Below are positions 24,701 to 36,682 of a stretch of 64,000 nt of DNA, in pieces. Origin of the DNA: Chiloscyllium plagiosum (lineage: Eukaryota); NCBI RefSeq assembly GCF_004010195.1, contig NC_057717.1, forward strand, positions 102,454,849 to 102,518,848. The letters run 5' to 3'. Position 1 is the stretch's first letter. Each line of letters begins with the position of its first letter. The translations under genes were made by a program, and so were the position numbers. The notes under the pieces are model-generated. The model searched no databases. It saw nothing but the letters and a program-made list of their open reading frames with translations, and was not told the origin of the DNA.

Positions 24701-25652
24701 GAGGTTACAGAGAGATAGAAAAAGAACAGGGCATCTCAAAACCTATTGGAGAGAAACGGCACTGAAAGTATTGGAGCGAGGCAATCAGAATGGCCCACTG
24801 GGACTTCCACAGGACAATCACCCAGGAGATAATTCGCAGAGAGGGATGGCAGCCTCTGCTGGCACCAGTGATTGGGGGACTCGGGCAGAGATTGTCTTTC
24901 GATATACAGAGTGAGTGTGAGCTCTTCCGGGAGCTAACTCTCAATTCATTTCTGGAAAAGGGCCATATTATCACCATGGAAACCTAGAGAGCTTGTTAAA
25001 GGTCAAGGGAAAGAGCAGACAGAATTGATTTCCGTCCAGTTGAAACACCTCATGGAGCCTGATCTATTATCTTGGATAATTCGAGATCTGCTGAGGCACT
25101 GAGCTCTGGGAGGATCCACTGTCACCTGCACAAGACACCAAGGAAAGCTTCACTTAAAACACGTTGCCCCATCCCCCCCATCTGCGACACTCTCCTCCTA
25201 ACTCTGTCGACACTCTAGGACCCACAGGCTGTGGTCACTTTACAGCGACCGGCTTCAGGGCTGTTCGACCTGAGGAGCATCACAATTGCATTGCCATCCA
25301 ACACAGCTGGCCCTTCCTATCACACAGGGTAGGGAGCAAGAATGCCAGCTGATTGGGTAGTGCAAGGGATGGCCAAGTGAAGTACCCTGCTCACTCATTC
25401 CAAGCTGAGAAGCCCTCAGCCATCCATCTGCGTACCTCAGTGAAAAGGAACAGTGTGTCATTGTCAGAGACTCTTAAATAGGAATTATGTCACTGACAAG
25501 AGAGCCACCTTTCTGATGTTGCTTGTGTGGCACTCATCAGGACAAAGCACAAGAAAGCCAAATTTAAAGTGATTACAAAAGCATTATGCCCAGGGTGCCA
25601 ATTGAGTGGCAAGTCAACCCTGATGGTTTAAGACAATACCACGCCAAAAGCA

Positions 25653-25709
25653 GTGTTGTGTGATTTTTAACCTTGTCCACCCCAGTCCAACACCGGCTCC
25701 TCCATATCA
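25653..25709 (+). mobile_element. PLE family A extreme 3' end
   Basis: gtgttgtgtgatttttaaccttgtccaccccagtccaacaccggc. Confidence 0.8.
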
Positions 25710-26869
25710 ACTCTAGAGATGGTGGACATGCTTTGGAATGGTTGGGGAGTGAGTGCTGAGTGAGGGAGAGCGTGTTTAATGGTGGTGTGGGGCAGTCTGG
25801 ATAGCCCCACGGGTGGTCTCCCACTCCTTATATCCTCAATTCATCCAAGCAAGCTGCTCCAAGTGTGTCAATGTATTGACAAAGGATACAGGTGTAAATA
25901 ACTCCGAGTGGGCTGTGAGAATGTTCGGAATGCGAGCGAATGGACGCTGCTGGCCCAGCTCAGTGAGACTGTCCGACTGGGTTCTGGCCTGGAGTTTTCT
26001 AGCCTGTAACCAGCAGGTTAAGGAGGTTACAAATTGTCACAGTAGCCCTGCCTTTAACCTCACTCACACAGCAGGAACATGGACTGCAGACCGAGAGGCG
26101 TTAAAGCCACAAACCGTATGGACGAAGCATCTCAATGTTTACCTTGCAAACAACTAATTCATTCTTGAAGACATTCAGTCGTTAAAGCTGATGCACTTGT
26201 TACCGTGGGGACCGACGGGGAGCCGGCATTGGCATCGCTGTAGTTTCAGATCCACTGTGGAAGTCTGAAGATCAATATCGGTCACTCTGACGATGGGAAA
26301 GCTCTTCAAATCATTAGTGTTTCAAATCAGGCGCTATGTCAAAGGTCAGAGCACACAATTTACTCCTGGATCCCAGTCGGACAAAGATAGCGTTGAGAAA
26401 GGATGTCCCCAGATAACCATTAGACCACTTTATTGGTATGACTACATCAGATGGGTAGCTCTCTTTGCACGATGATACATTGCAACGTGCTAACAGCTGC
26501 AAAATGCCTTGTTCGCTCTCCCTTCTGAGGTGTTACGCAGTGGAGGCAAGGAGTGAGGAGACATATTGGACAAATTCTCGAAAAACGGTAAGGCAAATGA
26601 CCATCCAAACTGTTGAAATATCGGTGGAATTGAAGAGCGAGGAAGCTCAGAATAAAAACAAATGAACTGGAAGAGGGCAGAGAGCTTGGAGTTCAGCTTT
26701 TTTACATCCACAGCGTGTGGGCGTGAGCCATAGACTGGGTCAGTAATTGTTACTCATCCTTCATTGTCCTGGAGAAGGCAGCAGTGAACTGAACTCCTGA
26801 ATGACTTTCAACTCAACCAAAGTCCACTCGCTGGGAGTTAAAACCAGACTTAGTCCAACTGACTGGGTT

Positions 26870-27130
26870 GAGGTGGCACAGTAACTCAATGGTTGGCACT
26901 GCTGCCTTACAACGCTGAGGATATGCGTTCGATTCCACCCTTAGGTGACTGTCTGCGTGGAGCTGGCACATTCTCCCCTGTGTCTGCGTGGGTTTCCTCC
27001 CACAGTCCAAAGATGTGCAGGTTAAGGTGGGTTAGCCATGGGCAATGGAGGGATGGGCTGGGGTGCTCTTCAGAGGGTTGGTGTGGACTTAATGAACCAA
27101 ATGGCCTGTTTCTACACTATAGCGATTCTA
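26870..27130 (+). mobile_element. HE1-type SINE (diverged)
   Basis: gttcgattcc and conserved body. Confidence 0.8.
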
Positions 27131-27503
27131 AAAAGATCCCCCCATTGGATCTAAGCTGGTAACAGATTAATTTGGGAAGGTTTAAACTCAACAGAAACCC
27201 AAGACACAGATCTTTCTGTAAGCTGCCATCCAAAGATGTGACTAGGAGGCTTCATGAATTAAAGTCCTGGTCATTTAATTGTAACTACTTTTCTAATGAG
27301 ATCAGCATACAATATTAAACAATGTATTAAAGACTCATCATCGCTAATGGATATAAGGTGATTAGTAGATGATTTAATGGAAATATAAGGAACAGCCTTT
27401 AACCTAGAAGGTAGTGGGTGTCTGGAATTCTCTGCCCAGTTTGGGAGTTGAGGTACAGAACCCTCAACTCATTGAAAAGGAGCCTGGATCTATTCCCTGG
27501 AGC

Positions 27504-28741
27504 ACTGCATTGGCGCCACCTCGTGCTCTCGTGAGGAGGTTGAGTAATTCATCAACTTCACCAACACATTCCATCCTGACCTTAAATTTACCTGGACCAT
27601 CTCTGACACCTCCCTCCCCTTCCTGGACCTCTCCATCTCCATTAGTGACGACCGACTTGACACTGACATTTTTTACAAACCCACCGACTCCCACAGCTAC
27701 CTGGATTACATGTCTTCCCACCCTATCTCCTGCAAAAATGCCATCCATATTCCCAATTCCTCCGCCTCCGCCGTATCTGCTCCCAGGAGGACCANNNNNN
27801 NNNNNNNNNNNNNNNNNNNNNNNNNNNNNNNNNNNNNNNNNNNNNNNNNNNNNNNNNNNNNNNNNNNNNNNNNNNNNNNNNNNNNNNNNNNNNNNNNNNN
27901 NNNNNNNNNNNNNNNNNNNNNNNNNNNNNNNNNNNNNNNNNNNNNNNNNNNNNNNNNNNNNNNNNNNNNNNNNNNNNNNNNNNNNNNNNNNNNNNNNNNN
28001 NNNNNNNNNNNNNNNNNNNNNNNNNNNNNNNNNNNNNNNNNNNNNNNNNNNNNNNNNNNNNNNNNNNNNNNNNNNNNNNNNNNNNNNNNNNNNNNNNNNN
28101 NNNNNNNNNNNNNNNNNNNNNNNNNNNNNNNNNNNNNNNNNNNNNNNNNNNNNNNNNNNNNNNNNNNNNNNNNNNNNNNNNNNNNNNNNNNNNNNNNNNN
28201 NNNNNNNNNNNNNNNNNNNNNNNNNNNNNNNNNNNNNNNNNNNNNNNNNNNNNNNNNNNNNNNNNNNNNNNNNNNNNNNNNNNNNNNNNNNNNNNNNNNN
28301 NNNNNNNNNNNNNNNNNNNNNNNNNNNNNNNNNNNNNNNNNNNNNNNNNNNNNNNNNNNNNNNNNNNNNNNNNNNNNNNNNNNNNNNNNNNNNNNNNNNN
28401 NNNNNNNNNNNNNNNNNNNNNNNNNNNNNNNNNNNNNNNNNNNNNNNNNNNNNNNNNNNNCTATCTTCTTTTCCACCTATCCACTCCACCCTCCTCCTTG
28501 ACCTATCACCTTCATCCCCTCCCCCACTCACCTATTGTACTCTATGCTACTTTCTCCCCACCTCCACCCTCCCCTAGCTTATCTCTCCACGCTTCAGGCT
28601 CTCTGCCTTTATTCCTGATGAAGGGCTTTTGCCCGAAACGTCGATTTCAAAGCTGCTCGGATGCTGCCTGAACTGCTGTGCTCTTCCAGCACCACTAATC
28701 CAGAATCTGGTTTCCAGCATCTGCAGTCATTGTTTTTACCT
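27504..28741 (+). mobile_element. PLE family B, 5'-truncated in reverse transcriptase, spanning gap 27795-28460
   Basis: CIGATSCSREEVE*FINFTNTFHPDLKFTWTISDTSLPFLDLSI...IFYKPTDSHSYLDY.SSHP is a PLE RT C-terminal/thumb signature; pyrimidine-rich 3' UTR, hammerhead and tail follow the gap. Confidence 0.9.
28612..28645 (+). ncRNA. Minimal hammerhead ribozyme motif, family B
   Basis: tc-CTGATGA-a-gggc-tttt-gccc-GAAA-cg-TC-ga; palindromic ACGT in place of stem III; GUC cleavage triplet. Confidence 0.82.
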
Positions 28742-29074
28742 GCAGGGTCACAGACCAGGGGCTGGGAGGTCGGTTTAGAATGCGCGGCTCCTTTATTCAG
28801 CCAGTGCAAATACTATGGGCTGCGCGGTCCCTCTTTGTCCTGTAAGTTTTCTAAGCTTCTACAAACCCATAAAACTGGAGATCTCAAAATGTACATTCCA
28901 TTGGTTTTAGGGAACTCACAAAAACAAATCATCCAATGTAAATTAGCACGGTACCAAATGTGATTGAGCACAGCGAGATGTGTGAAGGATAATGGTAAAA
29001 GAGAATATTTATTTAACTGTTTCATGAAAAGTGAGGTTTGGGATTTGGCTATTTCAGATACCTGTGCACAAAAT

Positions 29075-29360
29075 TCAGGCGTACGTTCCGAGTGCAGTAC
29101 TGAGGGAATGCTGCACTGCCTAGGGGGAGTCCTGACCTCTCAGTAGAGAAAAGCCAACTGCACTACTGGTTCACCCACCAGCAACCTCCCTGAACAGATT
29201 ATCTGGGTCATATCACATTGCCCTTTCTGGGGGCTTCCTGTATGCACATTGGCTGCAGCAACTCCTAGTTTGTAGCTGGAAGCCTACACTTTTAGTCCTA
29301 AGTGCCCATAAGGCACATTGAGTTGAGGTTGGGAAAGTGCAGGTCTTCTTATATTTATGT
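29075..29360 (+). mobile_element. Deu-domain SINE (SacSINE1-like) relic
   Basis: agtgcagtactgagggaatgctgcactg and cagattatctgggtcatatcacattg...ttggctgc, recognised from memory of the family. Confidence 0.65.
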
Positions 29361-29591
29361 CGAAGGATGGAATTGTTGCTGGGCAGTCATAACTTGACCT
29401 CCTGTTGACTGACATGGGTTTCTGGATGGAGAGAGAACCTTGAATGAGGTCAAATGCCCCTCAACTGGCCGCCTGGACCTTCACCTCAAGTCTCTTGGGA
29501 CTTTCACCCTCAAGCTTCAACTCAGAAGTAAGTGCCTGACATCTTCCTTTAGCCAATGCAGGGCTGTCAACAATGAGATAGGCCCTAATAA

Positions 29592-29807
29592 AGTCAAAAA
29601 GTATTGCGCTGGAAAAGCACAGCCGGTCAGGCAGCATCCGAGAAGCAGGAGAGTCAACGTTTCGGGCATAAGCCCTTTCCTGATGAGGAGCTTATGTCCG
29701 AAACATCGACTCTCCTGCTCCTCGGATGCCGCCTGACCTGCTGCGCTTTTCCAGCGCCACACTTTTTGACTCTGACTCTCCAACATCTGAAGTCCTCACT
29801 TTCTCCT
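29592..29807. mobile_element. PLE family B mini fold-back element
   Basis: Arms 29592-29677 and about 29686-29771, 36-nt tail; TSD-like cctaataaa / cctagtaaa. Confidence 0.9.
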
Positions 29808-30184
29808 AGTAAACCCATCCAGGATTCAGGGTGACCTCCTCACCCAGAGGATAGTGAGAGTGTGGAGCTCACTACCCCAGGAATTGGTAGCGTTGACTCT
29901 CTGAGATACATTTAAGAGGAAGCAACACGAGGGGGAATGAGAACAGGAGGAAATGTTGCTGGGATGAGATTAAGAAAGATAGGAGATATGCTCAAGCATA
30001 GATCAGTTGGACCGAATGGCCTGCTCCTCAGCTTCTCTTTAAACGTTCAGGAGGTCCAGGCTGCCAAGACTTAAATGCCCTTGAACTGAGTGCCTGGTTC
30101 AGAGGGCAATTAAGAGTCAGCCCCATTGCAGTGGGTCTGGAGTCACAAATAGACCAGGTAAGGACTGCAATTTCCTTCCGGAAT

Positions 30185-30508
30185 ATCAAGAGGGGCTTAG
30201 AGAAGGTGAATGGCAGGTGTCTTTCCCTGGGGTGGGGAATTTCAAGACTAGGGAACATACTTTTAAGGTGAGAGGAGAAAGATTTTAAAAAGGCATGAGG
30301 GACGATGTTTTTTACGCAGAGTGTGGTTCATGTGTGTGGAATGAACTTCCTGAGGAAGTGGTGCATGTGGGGACGGTTAAAATGTTTAAAAATACATGAA
30401 TAGGAAAGGTTTGAAGGGATATGGGTCAGGAGCAGGCAGGTGGGACTGTTTGGCATGGACTGGTTGGACCGAAGGGTCTGTTTCCATGCTGTATGACTCT
30501 ATGACTAA
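30185..30508 (+). mobile_element. CR1 3' end
   Basis: Conserved 3' region ending tatgactctatgact. Confidence 0.9.
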
Positions 30509-31768
30509 GGTAGATTAGACACGGTCTAACTGAGTGACAGAATAGGTTTAACAGACCAACGTCCAAATCTTTCTGCAGCTCAGCCCCAATGTGAAAGGTC
30601 AAGATTACATGCCAAGACCAGAGACGCTCAAGCCTTGAGCCTGAATAGGAGGCAAATGTGAGGTGATCTTAGAGCTTTACAAATTTCAAAACAGAACAGG
30701 AGAGGTTAATCTGTGACCTCAGTTGGATCTAAACTGCTAAAGAAAGGGAGACCCATTGTCAGTCAGTGGCAAAACTGACACTAGGTGGGCCCCTCGTACA
30801 AAATCTTTGAGGACAATAAATATTGGAGGAGCTACAGTTAAGTGTGGCTGGACACCTGCTGGGTGGGGAGAGACTTCATTGAAAAAAAAATCCCCAGAGA
30901 ATTTTGACCTTGTAGTCATTGTGTAACACGGCATAACTGAGATTCTTCTCGATGTTACCTGGGGCGAACAGAAAACAGGTGTGGAAGTTAATAAAACTGA
31001 GCTGCTCTTCGGCAATGATAGACAAGGCTAGCCACAAGTGGCCTGAACCCCAGAGAATGTTCCCCTTGGAAAAGCCCAGGCAGGCTCCTTCACTAGGAAA
31101 CCCTGCAGGCCCAAACATGTCACGTCAGCAGAACCGGCCGAGCAGTCACTTTCTGTTCAGCGAACCGCAATGATCTGAGAGCAGCCTGCTCTTTTGAAGG
31201 GAAGCAGGGAAAGAAGGCGCACATTTTAATTTGAGTTCTCCAGGGATGTTGAGAGACTGGGAAGCAGGACGGTTTGCCTCTTCAAACAGTGTCAACGTTG
31301 ACCCCTTCGGTTGAGGACCGTCAAAGTTCCATCTACACTGGTCCAAAGTGTGTCGAAGTGCCAACCACAGGAGAATCACCTCCACGCCGACCCCCCCGCA
31401 CCCGGGTTGCCAAACTGCCAAGGTCCTGAAGAGGTTTGATTTGTTTATGCCAATAGCGAAGGGTTTGGGCTGAAGACACACTTGACAAGGAGAAGACAAA
31501 GTCAGGAATTGTCTTCACATTCAAGTTTCGTTATAACAGGGATTCTATTTTCTGCACATTAAGATTAAATTCTATCATACGTGACACACAGATACATACT
31601 AGCCTCTGAACTTTGTAGACAGAGGCGATTCCCTAACCTCTACTGCCTCATGTTCAACAGTCTACTCTGCACTGTATAGTGTGTGCTTCCAGCCTTCACT
31701 AGACTAGACTTCTGGCTAGCTTTCCATGCGGTCCTCCATTAACTCTACACTGTGCTTTTAATGGCAGC

Positions 31769-32032
31769 ATCTCCAGCATCTGCAATCCTCACTTCCTCCT
31801 AGTTGATTTTAACCTTACTGCGAAGCCTTTTCCAAGGATGCCTATCTTGAAGAAGTTCTCCTCCTCTCTCAACAAGGACCTTTCTCGCTGCACCATCCCC
31901 CAGGCCATCTCTTCTGCCCTGAAGCTTTTCAGCTAAGTCATTCCTGATGAAGGGCTTATGCCCAAAACGTCGATTCTCCTGCTCCTCGGACGCTGCCTGA
32001 CCTGCTTTTCCAGCAGCACACTCTCGACACTG
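31769..32032 (+). mobile_element. PLE family B unit in permuted order (tail, short ORF, hammerhead, body)
   Basis: Starts atctccagcatctgc, ATG at 31838 (MPILKKFSSSL...KLFS*), CTGATGA at 31944, ends cacactctcgac. Confidence 0.8.
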
Positions 32033-32639
32033 TGCTATTTATGTCCAGTGAGGAGCAGCTCTTGGTCATCATCACAAGGTTGCTCCAGGGTCCTTTTAAA
32101 AATAAAATCTTATCCAAAAGGTTTGACGGAGTAGACACTAAGAATCTGGGAATCTAAAGCAGAGGGTCACAGCCTCAGGGTAAGGGGCTGGTCGTTTAGG
32201 ACTGGGATGAAGAGAAATCTTTATTCAGAGATTTGTGAATCTTTGGAATTCTCTGCTTTAGAGTGCTATCGATGATCCACCGTTTAGTATAGTTGAGGTT
32301 AGGAGAGACACATTTTGGCCACTCAGAAAATTAAGGGGCATGAGTGAACTGTAGCAAAACAGTCTTGTTATAATTATATTGATTGTAAAATAGATTTTGA
32401 CAAAGGTGCATTGTCTAAACCTTAGAACACCCTTTAGCACACAAGGAAATCATGATCTTGCCTTGTCAGCGGGGAATTGATAGGTTTCTAAGCTTCACTC
32501 GCATTAATCTAGAAGGGACCAGATGTCTGGTTGGGGTAGGGTGCAGTAAATGATGGAAAGTGCAGATGAATGCAGAATAATGTTAAATGATGCAGGTCAT
32601 CAAGTCGTGCAGTACAGAGACTGACCCTTCGGGCCAACT

Positions 32640-33561
32640 ATTCATGAGGGCTATTGCAGGCTGCTGCGTGACATAGACAGGATGCAGAGCTGGGCTGAGA
32701 AATGGCAAATGGAGTTCAACCTGGATAAATGCGAAGTGATGCATTTGTAAGGTCGAACTTGAATGCTGAATACAGGATTAAAGACGGGATTCTTAACAGT
32801 GTGGAGGATACAGGATTAAAGACGGGATTCTTAACAGTGTGGAGGAACAGAGAGATCTGGGTGTGCAGGTACATAGATCCCTCAAAGTTGCCACCCAAGT
32901 GGATAGGTTTGTTAAGAAAGCATATGGTGTTTTGGCTCTCATTAACAGGGGGATCGAGTTTAAGAGTTGCGAGGTTTTGCTACAGCTCTACAAGTCCCTG
33001 GTGAGACCGCACTTGGAATATTGTGTCCAATTCTGGTCGCCCTACTATAGGAAAGATACAGAGGCTTTGGAGAGGGCGCAAAGAAAGTTTACCAGGGTGC
33101 TGCCTGGACTGGAGGGTTTGTTTTATGAAGAGAGGTTGACTAAGCTCGGACTTTTCTCTCTGGAGAGAAGGAGGAAGAGAGGTGACCTGATCGAGGTGTA
33201 CAAAATAATGAGAGGCATGGATAGAGTCAATAACCAGAGACTTTTCCCCAGGATAGGATTGACTGGTACGAGGGGGTCATAGTTTTAAGATATTAGGAGG
33301 AAGGTATAGAGGAGATGTCAGAGGTAGGTTCTTTACGCAGAGAGTTGTGAGCGCGTGGACTGCGTTGCCAGTGGTGGTGGTGGAAGCAGAGTCATTGGGG
33401 ACTATTAAGCGACTGTTGCACATACACATGGACAGCAGTGAGTTGAGGGATGCGTAGGTAAGATTATTTTATTTTACATTAGGATTAATCCTTGGCACAA
33501 CATCGTGGGCCAAAGGGCCTGTCTGTGCTGTACTTTTCGATGTTCTATGTTCTATGTTCTA
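32640..33561 (+). mobile_element. CR1 LINE 3' fragment (well preserved)
   Basis: ORF 32839-33282: RDLGV, LVRPHLEYCVQFWSP, RGDLIEVYKIM; (gttctat)n tail. Confidence 0.95.
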
Positions 33562-33799
33562 AGAATGGAATCCCAAACCAAGCTAATCCCACCTAGCTGT
33601 GCTTGGCTAATGTCACTCCTTTCCTAATCATGGACTTATCCAATTGCCTTTTAAACATTGTGACTATACCCACATCCATCACTTCCTCTGACCATAACCT
33701 ATACTCATGTCCTTCCGAAATTGGGTTCCTTCCCATGCCTGGAAATGTTTTAAATAGGATCACAACACAAACAGCGTTTATAGGTGACAGGGACGAAAC

Positions 33800-34010
33800 A
33801 TTACACATAAAAGCAGGAGCCCATTCACTTCAGCTTCCACGTCAGGAATGTACAGGTTCAAACGCCACTCCAGAGGCAGGACTATCCAATCTCGGTTGCC
33901 TCCCCAGAGTGGTGTGAGGATCGTACTACATTGTTGTAAGTGCATCTTTCAGATGTGCCATGGAACAGTCTGCCCTGTCAAGTGGATATTGAGGGTCACA
34001 TTAGCAAGAT
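33800..34010 (+). mobile_element. Deu-domain SINE relic, 5' half
   Basis: ggttcaaacgccactccaga (B-box-like)...tctttcagatg...tctgccctgtcaagtggat. Confidence 0.5.
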
Positions 34011-34059
34011 TGGTTGTTGGGAATGAAGGGCAGGAGTGGTTCTGGCATTCTGGCATATG

Positions 34060-34425
34060 ATGAGGGAATGGCCTAGTGGTCATTAATCGAGATCTTTTAA
34101 TCCAGAGACACAGGCAATGCTCTGGGGAACTGGATTCAAATCCTGCCACAGCAAATGGTGGAATTTGAATTCAGTTAAAATCTGGAAATACTATTATGTG
34201 TGAAACTCTAATGGTGACTGCAATGATTGTCAGGAAAATCCCAGCTGACCCATTAATGCCCCTCTAGGGAAGGAAGCTGCCATCTTTATCTGGCCTGGCC
34301 TACATATGACTCCAGACCCACAGCAACGTGGTTGACTCTTAACTGCCCTCTGGGAATTAGGGATGGGTAATTAAATGCTGGCCTAGCCAGTGCTGCCCTC
34401 ATCTCGTAAATGAATTGTAAAAAAA
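34060..34425 (+). mobile_element. Second tRNA-type SINE family, near full length
   Basis: tggcctagtgg A box, gattcaaatcc B box, body, 3' end gggatgggtaattaaatgctggcc and A-rich tail; other copies near 11960-12120, 30060-30180, 37955-38235, 52930-53200, 53960-54340 and 58390-58775. Confidence 0.8.
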
Positions 34426-35319
34426 CTTCAAGCCAATTAATATCCCTCAACCAAAATTTTTTAAAAATCACTGGAAGATAAAGATGATCAAATTGGCTAT
34501 AGCTTTTTCCAACAGGAGGAGACTGCATTGGGATGGCTGAGTTTTAGAATGGTGCTACATAAATCCTTCCTCTGTGCAAAGTGGCTTCTGCTTGTGTGTG
34601 AAAACAGTGTATGGTTCCACTTTGGAAGAAAATGGTGGAAGTTGCTATACGAATGCAAATCTTACTTTTTTATTTTAAACTTGCTTTAATGCTGAAGCAA
34701 TATTGCTGGGTTACCTCTAATTTATCTCCGGCAGTGACTCCCGGCTGCTCCCTCCACACGGCCTGATCAATAGCCCAGTGCTTCACTCTGTTATATAGCT
34801 TTCTCCAGAGGGACTGAAGCCTGGCGTGACAGGATTCATCATTAACCTGCGAAATACATTTTCACAGCTTCCACAATCACCATTCCACATTATTTAGATC
34901 CCCGAAACAACCCTCTCTAATCCTGCGCAGAATATTTCGTGTCCTGATAAAAAAAATTGACTAAATATTTGTTCTTCCTCTCAATGCTAGACAGCCATCA
35001 AACTCATTTTATGAGCTGAGGAACTTGGAGCTGCTCGAAGTCACCAGTTTGTGGCTAAACGCTGCCTAATATAGAGTCCGTGCATTCATAACTCAATGTG
35101 CGGCCTGACATTTGCACATCACTTTGATTAAACTAACAGTGACTTATTCTGAAGAAGCTGTTCTCCTTTCTACCCAGAACACAGCACAAGAACAGATCAT
35201 TAACATTCCCCTCACTGTCAAATCAGTCGCAATCTGTACAGCAAAACACCTCACTGAATAGAATTTAACAAAACGCAGCATTACTGTTGGCCAAGGTTAA
35301 GGTCTTAGCAGGCCACAAG

Positions 35320-35502
35320 ACTGCTCTCTCATTGCAGAGAGACAACTGGTCGTGGGATTAACCTGAGGGTTACCACGCCTCAGGTAAGGGGAGAGGTTGA
35401 GAATGGCTACCTTCATGGTAACCTTAGACAGTGCAGGAATTGAACCCGCACTGTCATATCTCCTCAGCATCACAAGCCAACTGCCCAGTCAACTGAGCGA
35501 AA
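35320..35502 (-). mobile_element. Third tRNA-derived SINE type
   Basis: Minus strand gctcagttgactgg...gggttcaattcc head; internal hairpin cctgagg...cctcagg. Confidence 0.6.
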
Positions 35503-36130
35503 GGGCGCACTAGGCTACTGAAGGAAATGGAGGTAACGCTGTCAAAGGATGTCAAAGCTCAGGCCCATTCCACCTGAAGGACTGGCCACTGATGGTGCAG
35601 CCCTGAAAGTCAGGGGGCATAAGGCTGGAGAGAATGAGAGGATTACGGAGATGGGGAGGGGGATGCGAGGTCAAAACCAAGAGGGGAATCTTCAAACCAA
35701 GCCTTTGCCAGACAGGAGTCGATCAGATGGGACTGCCGATTGGAACTGGGGATGGGTTAGGAACTGATCAGAGGGGCTTTGGATAAGCTAAGCACTTCAC
35801 TGCACCTGCAGGCTTTGGTTCTGTTTGTGACGTTATTGTGTGGTTTGAGTTTGATTTATTCATGTCACATGTACTGAGATACAGTGAAGAGTGTTGTTTG
35901 GTGTGCTCGACAGGCAAATTGTATCATCCCTCAACCAGAGGCTGGGATTCCAACTGCAGTCCAACATTGCTATGGAACAGGTGTAGTGGACAAAGAAGAG
36001 GGTTACCTCAGATTACAACAGGATCTTGATCAGATGGGCCAATGGGCTGAGAAGTGGCAGATGGAGTTTAATTCAGATAAATGCGAGGTGCTGCATTTGG
36101 GAAAGCAAATCTTAGCGTTACTTATACACT

Positions 36131-36682
36131 AGGAGAAAGTGAGGACTGCAGATGCTGGAGATCAGAGCTTAAAAATGTATTGCTGGAAAAGCGCAGCAGG
36201 TCAGGCAGAATCAAAGGAGAAGGAAAATCGACGTTTCGGGCATAAGCCCTTCTTCAGGAATGAGGAGGGTGTGCCAAGCAGGCTAAGATAAAAGGTAGGG
36301 AGGAGGGACTTGGGGGAGGGGCATTGGGAATGCAATAGGTGGAAGGAGCTTAAGGTGAGGGTGATAGGCCAGAGAGGGGGTGGGGGCGGAGAGGTCATGA
36401 AGAAGATTGCAGGTCAAGAAGGCGGTGCTGAGTCTGAGGGCTGGGACTGGGAAAAGGTGGGGGGAGGGGAAATGAGGAAGCTGGAGAAATCCACATTCAT
36501 CCCCTGTGGCTGAAGGGTTCCTAGGCAGAAGATGAGTCGCTCTTCCTCCAGGCGTCGTGTTGCCATGGTCTGGCGATGGAGGAGGCCAAGGAACTGCATG
36601 TCCTTGGTGGAGTGGGAGGGGGAGTTAAAGTGTTCAGCCACGGGGCGGTTGGGTTGGTTGGTCCGGGTGTCCCAGAGGTGTC
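36131..36682 (-). mobile_element. PLE family B 3' end (GIY-YIG C-terminus, UTR, hammerhead, tail)
   Basis: Minus ORF HLWDTRTNQPNRPVAEHFNSPSH...RRLEEERLIFCLGTLQPQGMN. Confidence 0.9.
36227..36260 (-). ncRNA. Minimal hammerhead ribozyme motif, family B
   Basis: Minus strand tc-CTGAAGA-a-gggc-ttat-gccc-GAAA-cg-TC-ga. Confidence 0.82.

Noticed and set aside
25500..25560. Minus-strand cctgatgagtgcc as a further hammerhead family
   Set aside because: Stem II and GAAA not recoverable; too decayed to support
26160..26600. Candidate exons and a DR1-like site atgtca-a-aggtca (26336-26348)
   Set aside because: Translations between plausible splice sites match nothing I recognise; a single short motif is expected by chance
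27414..28577. Long ORFs across the second gap
   Set aside because: Read through Ns; the meaningful frame is a PLE RT remnant with a stop codon
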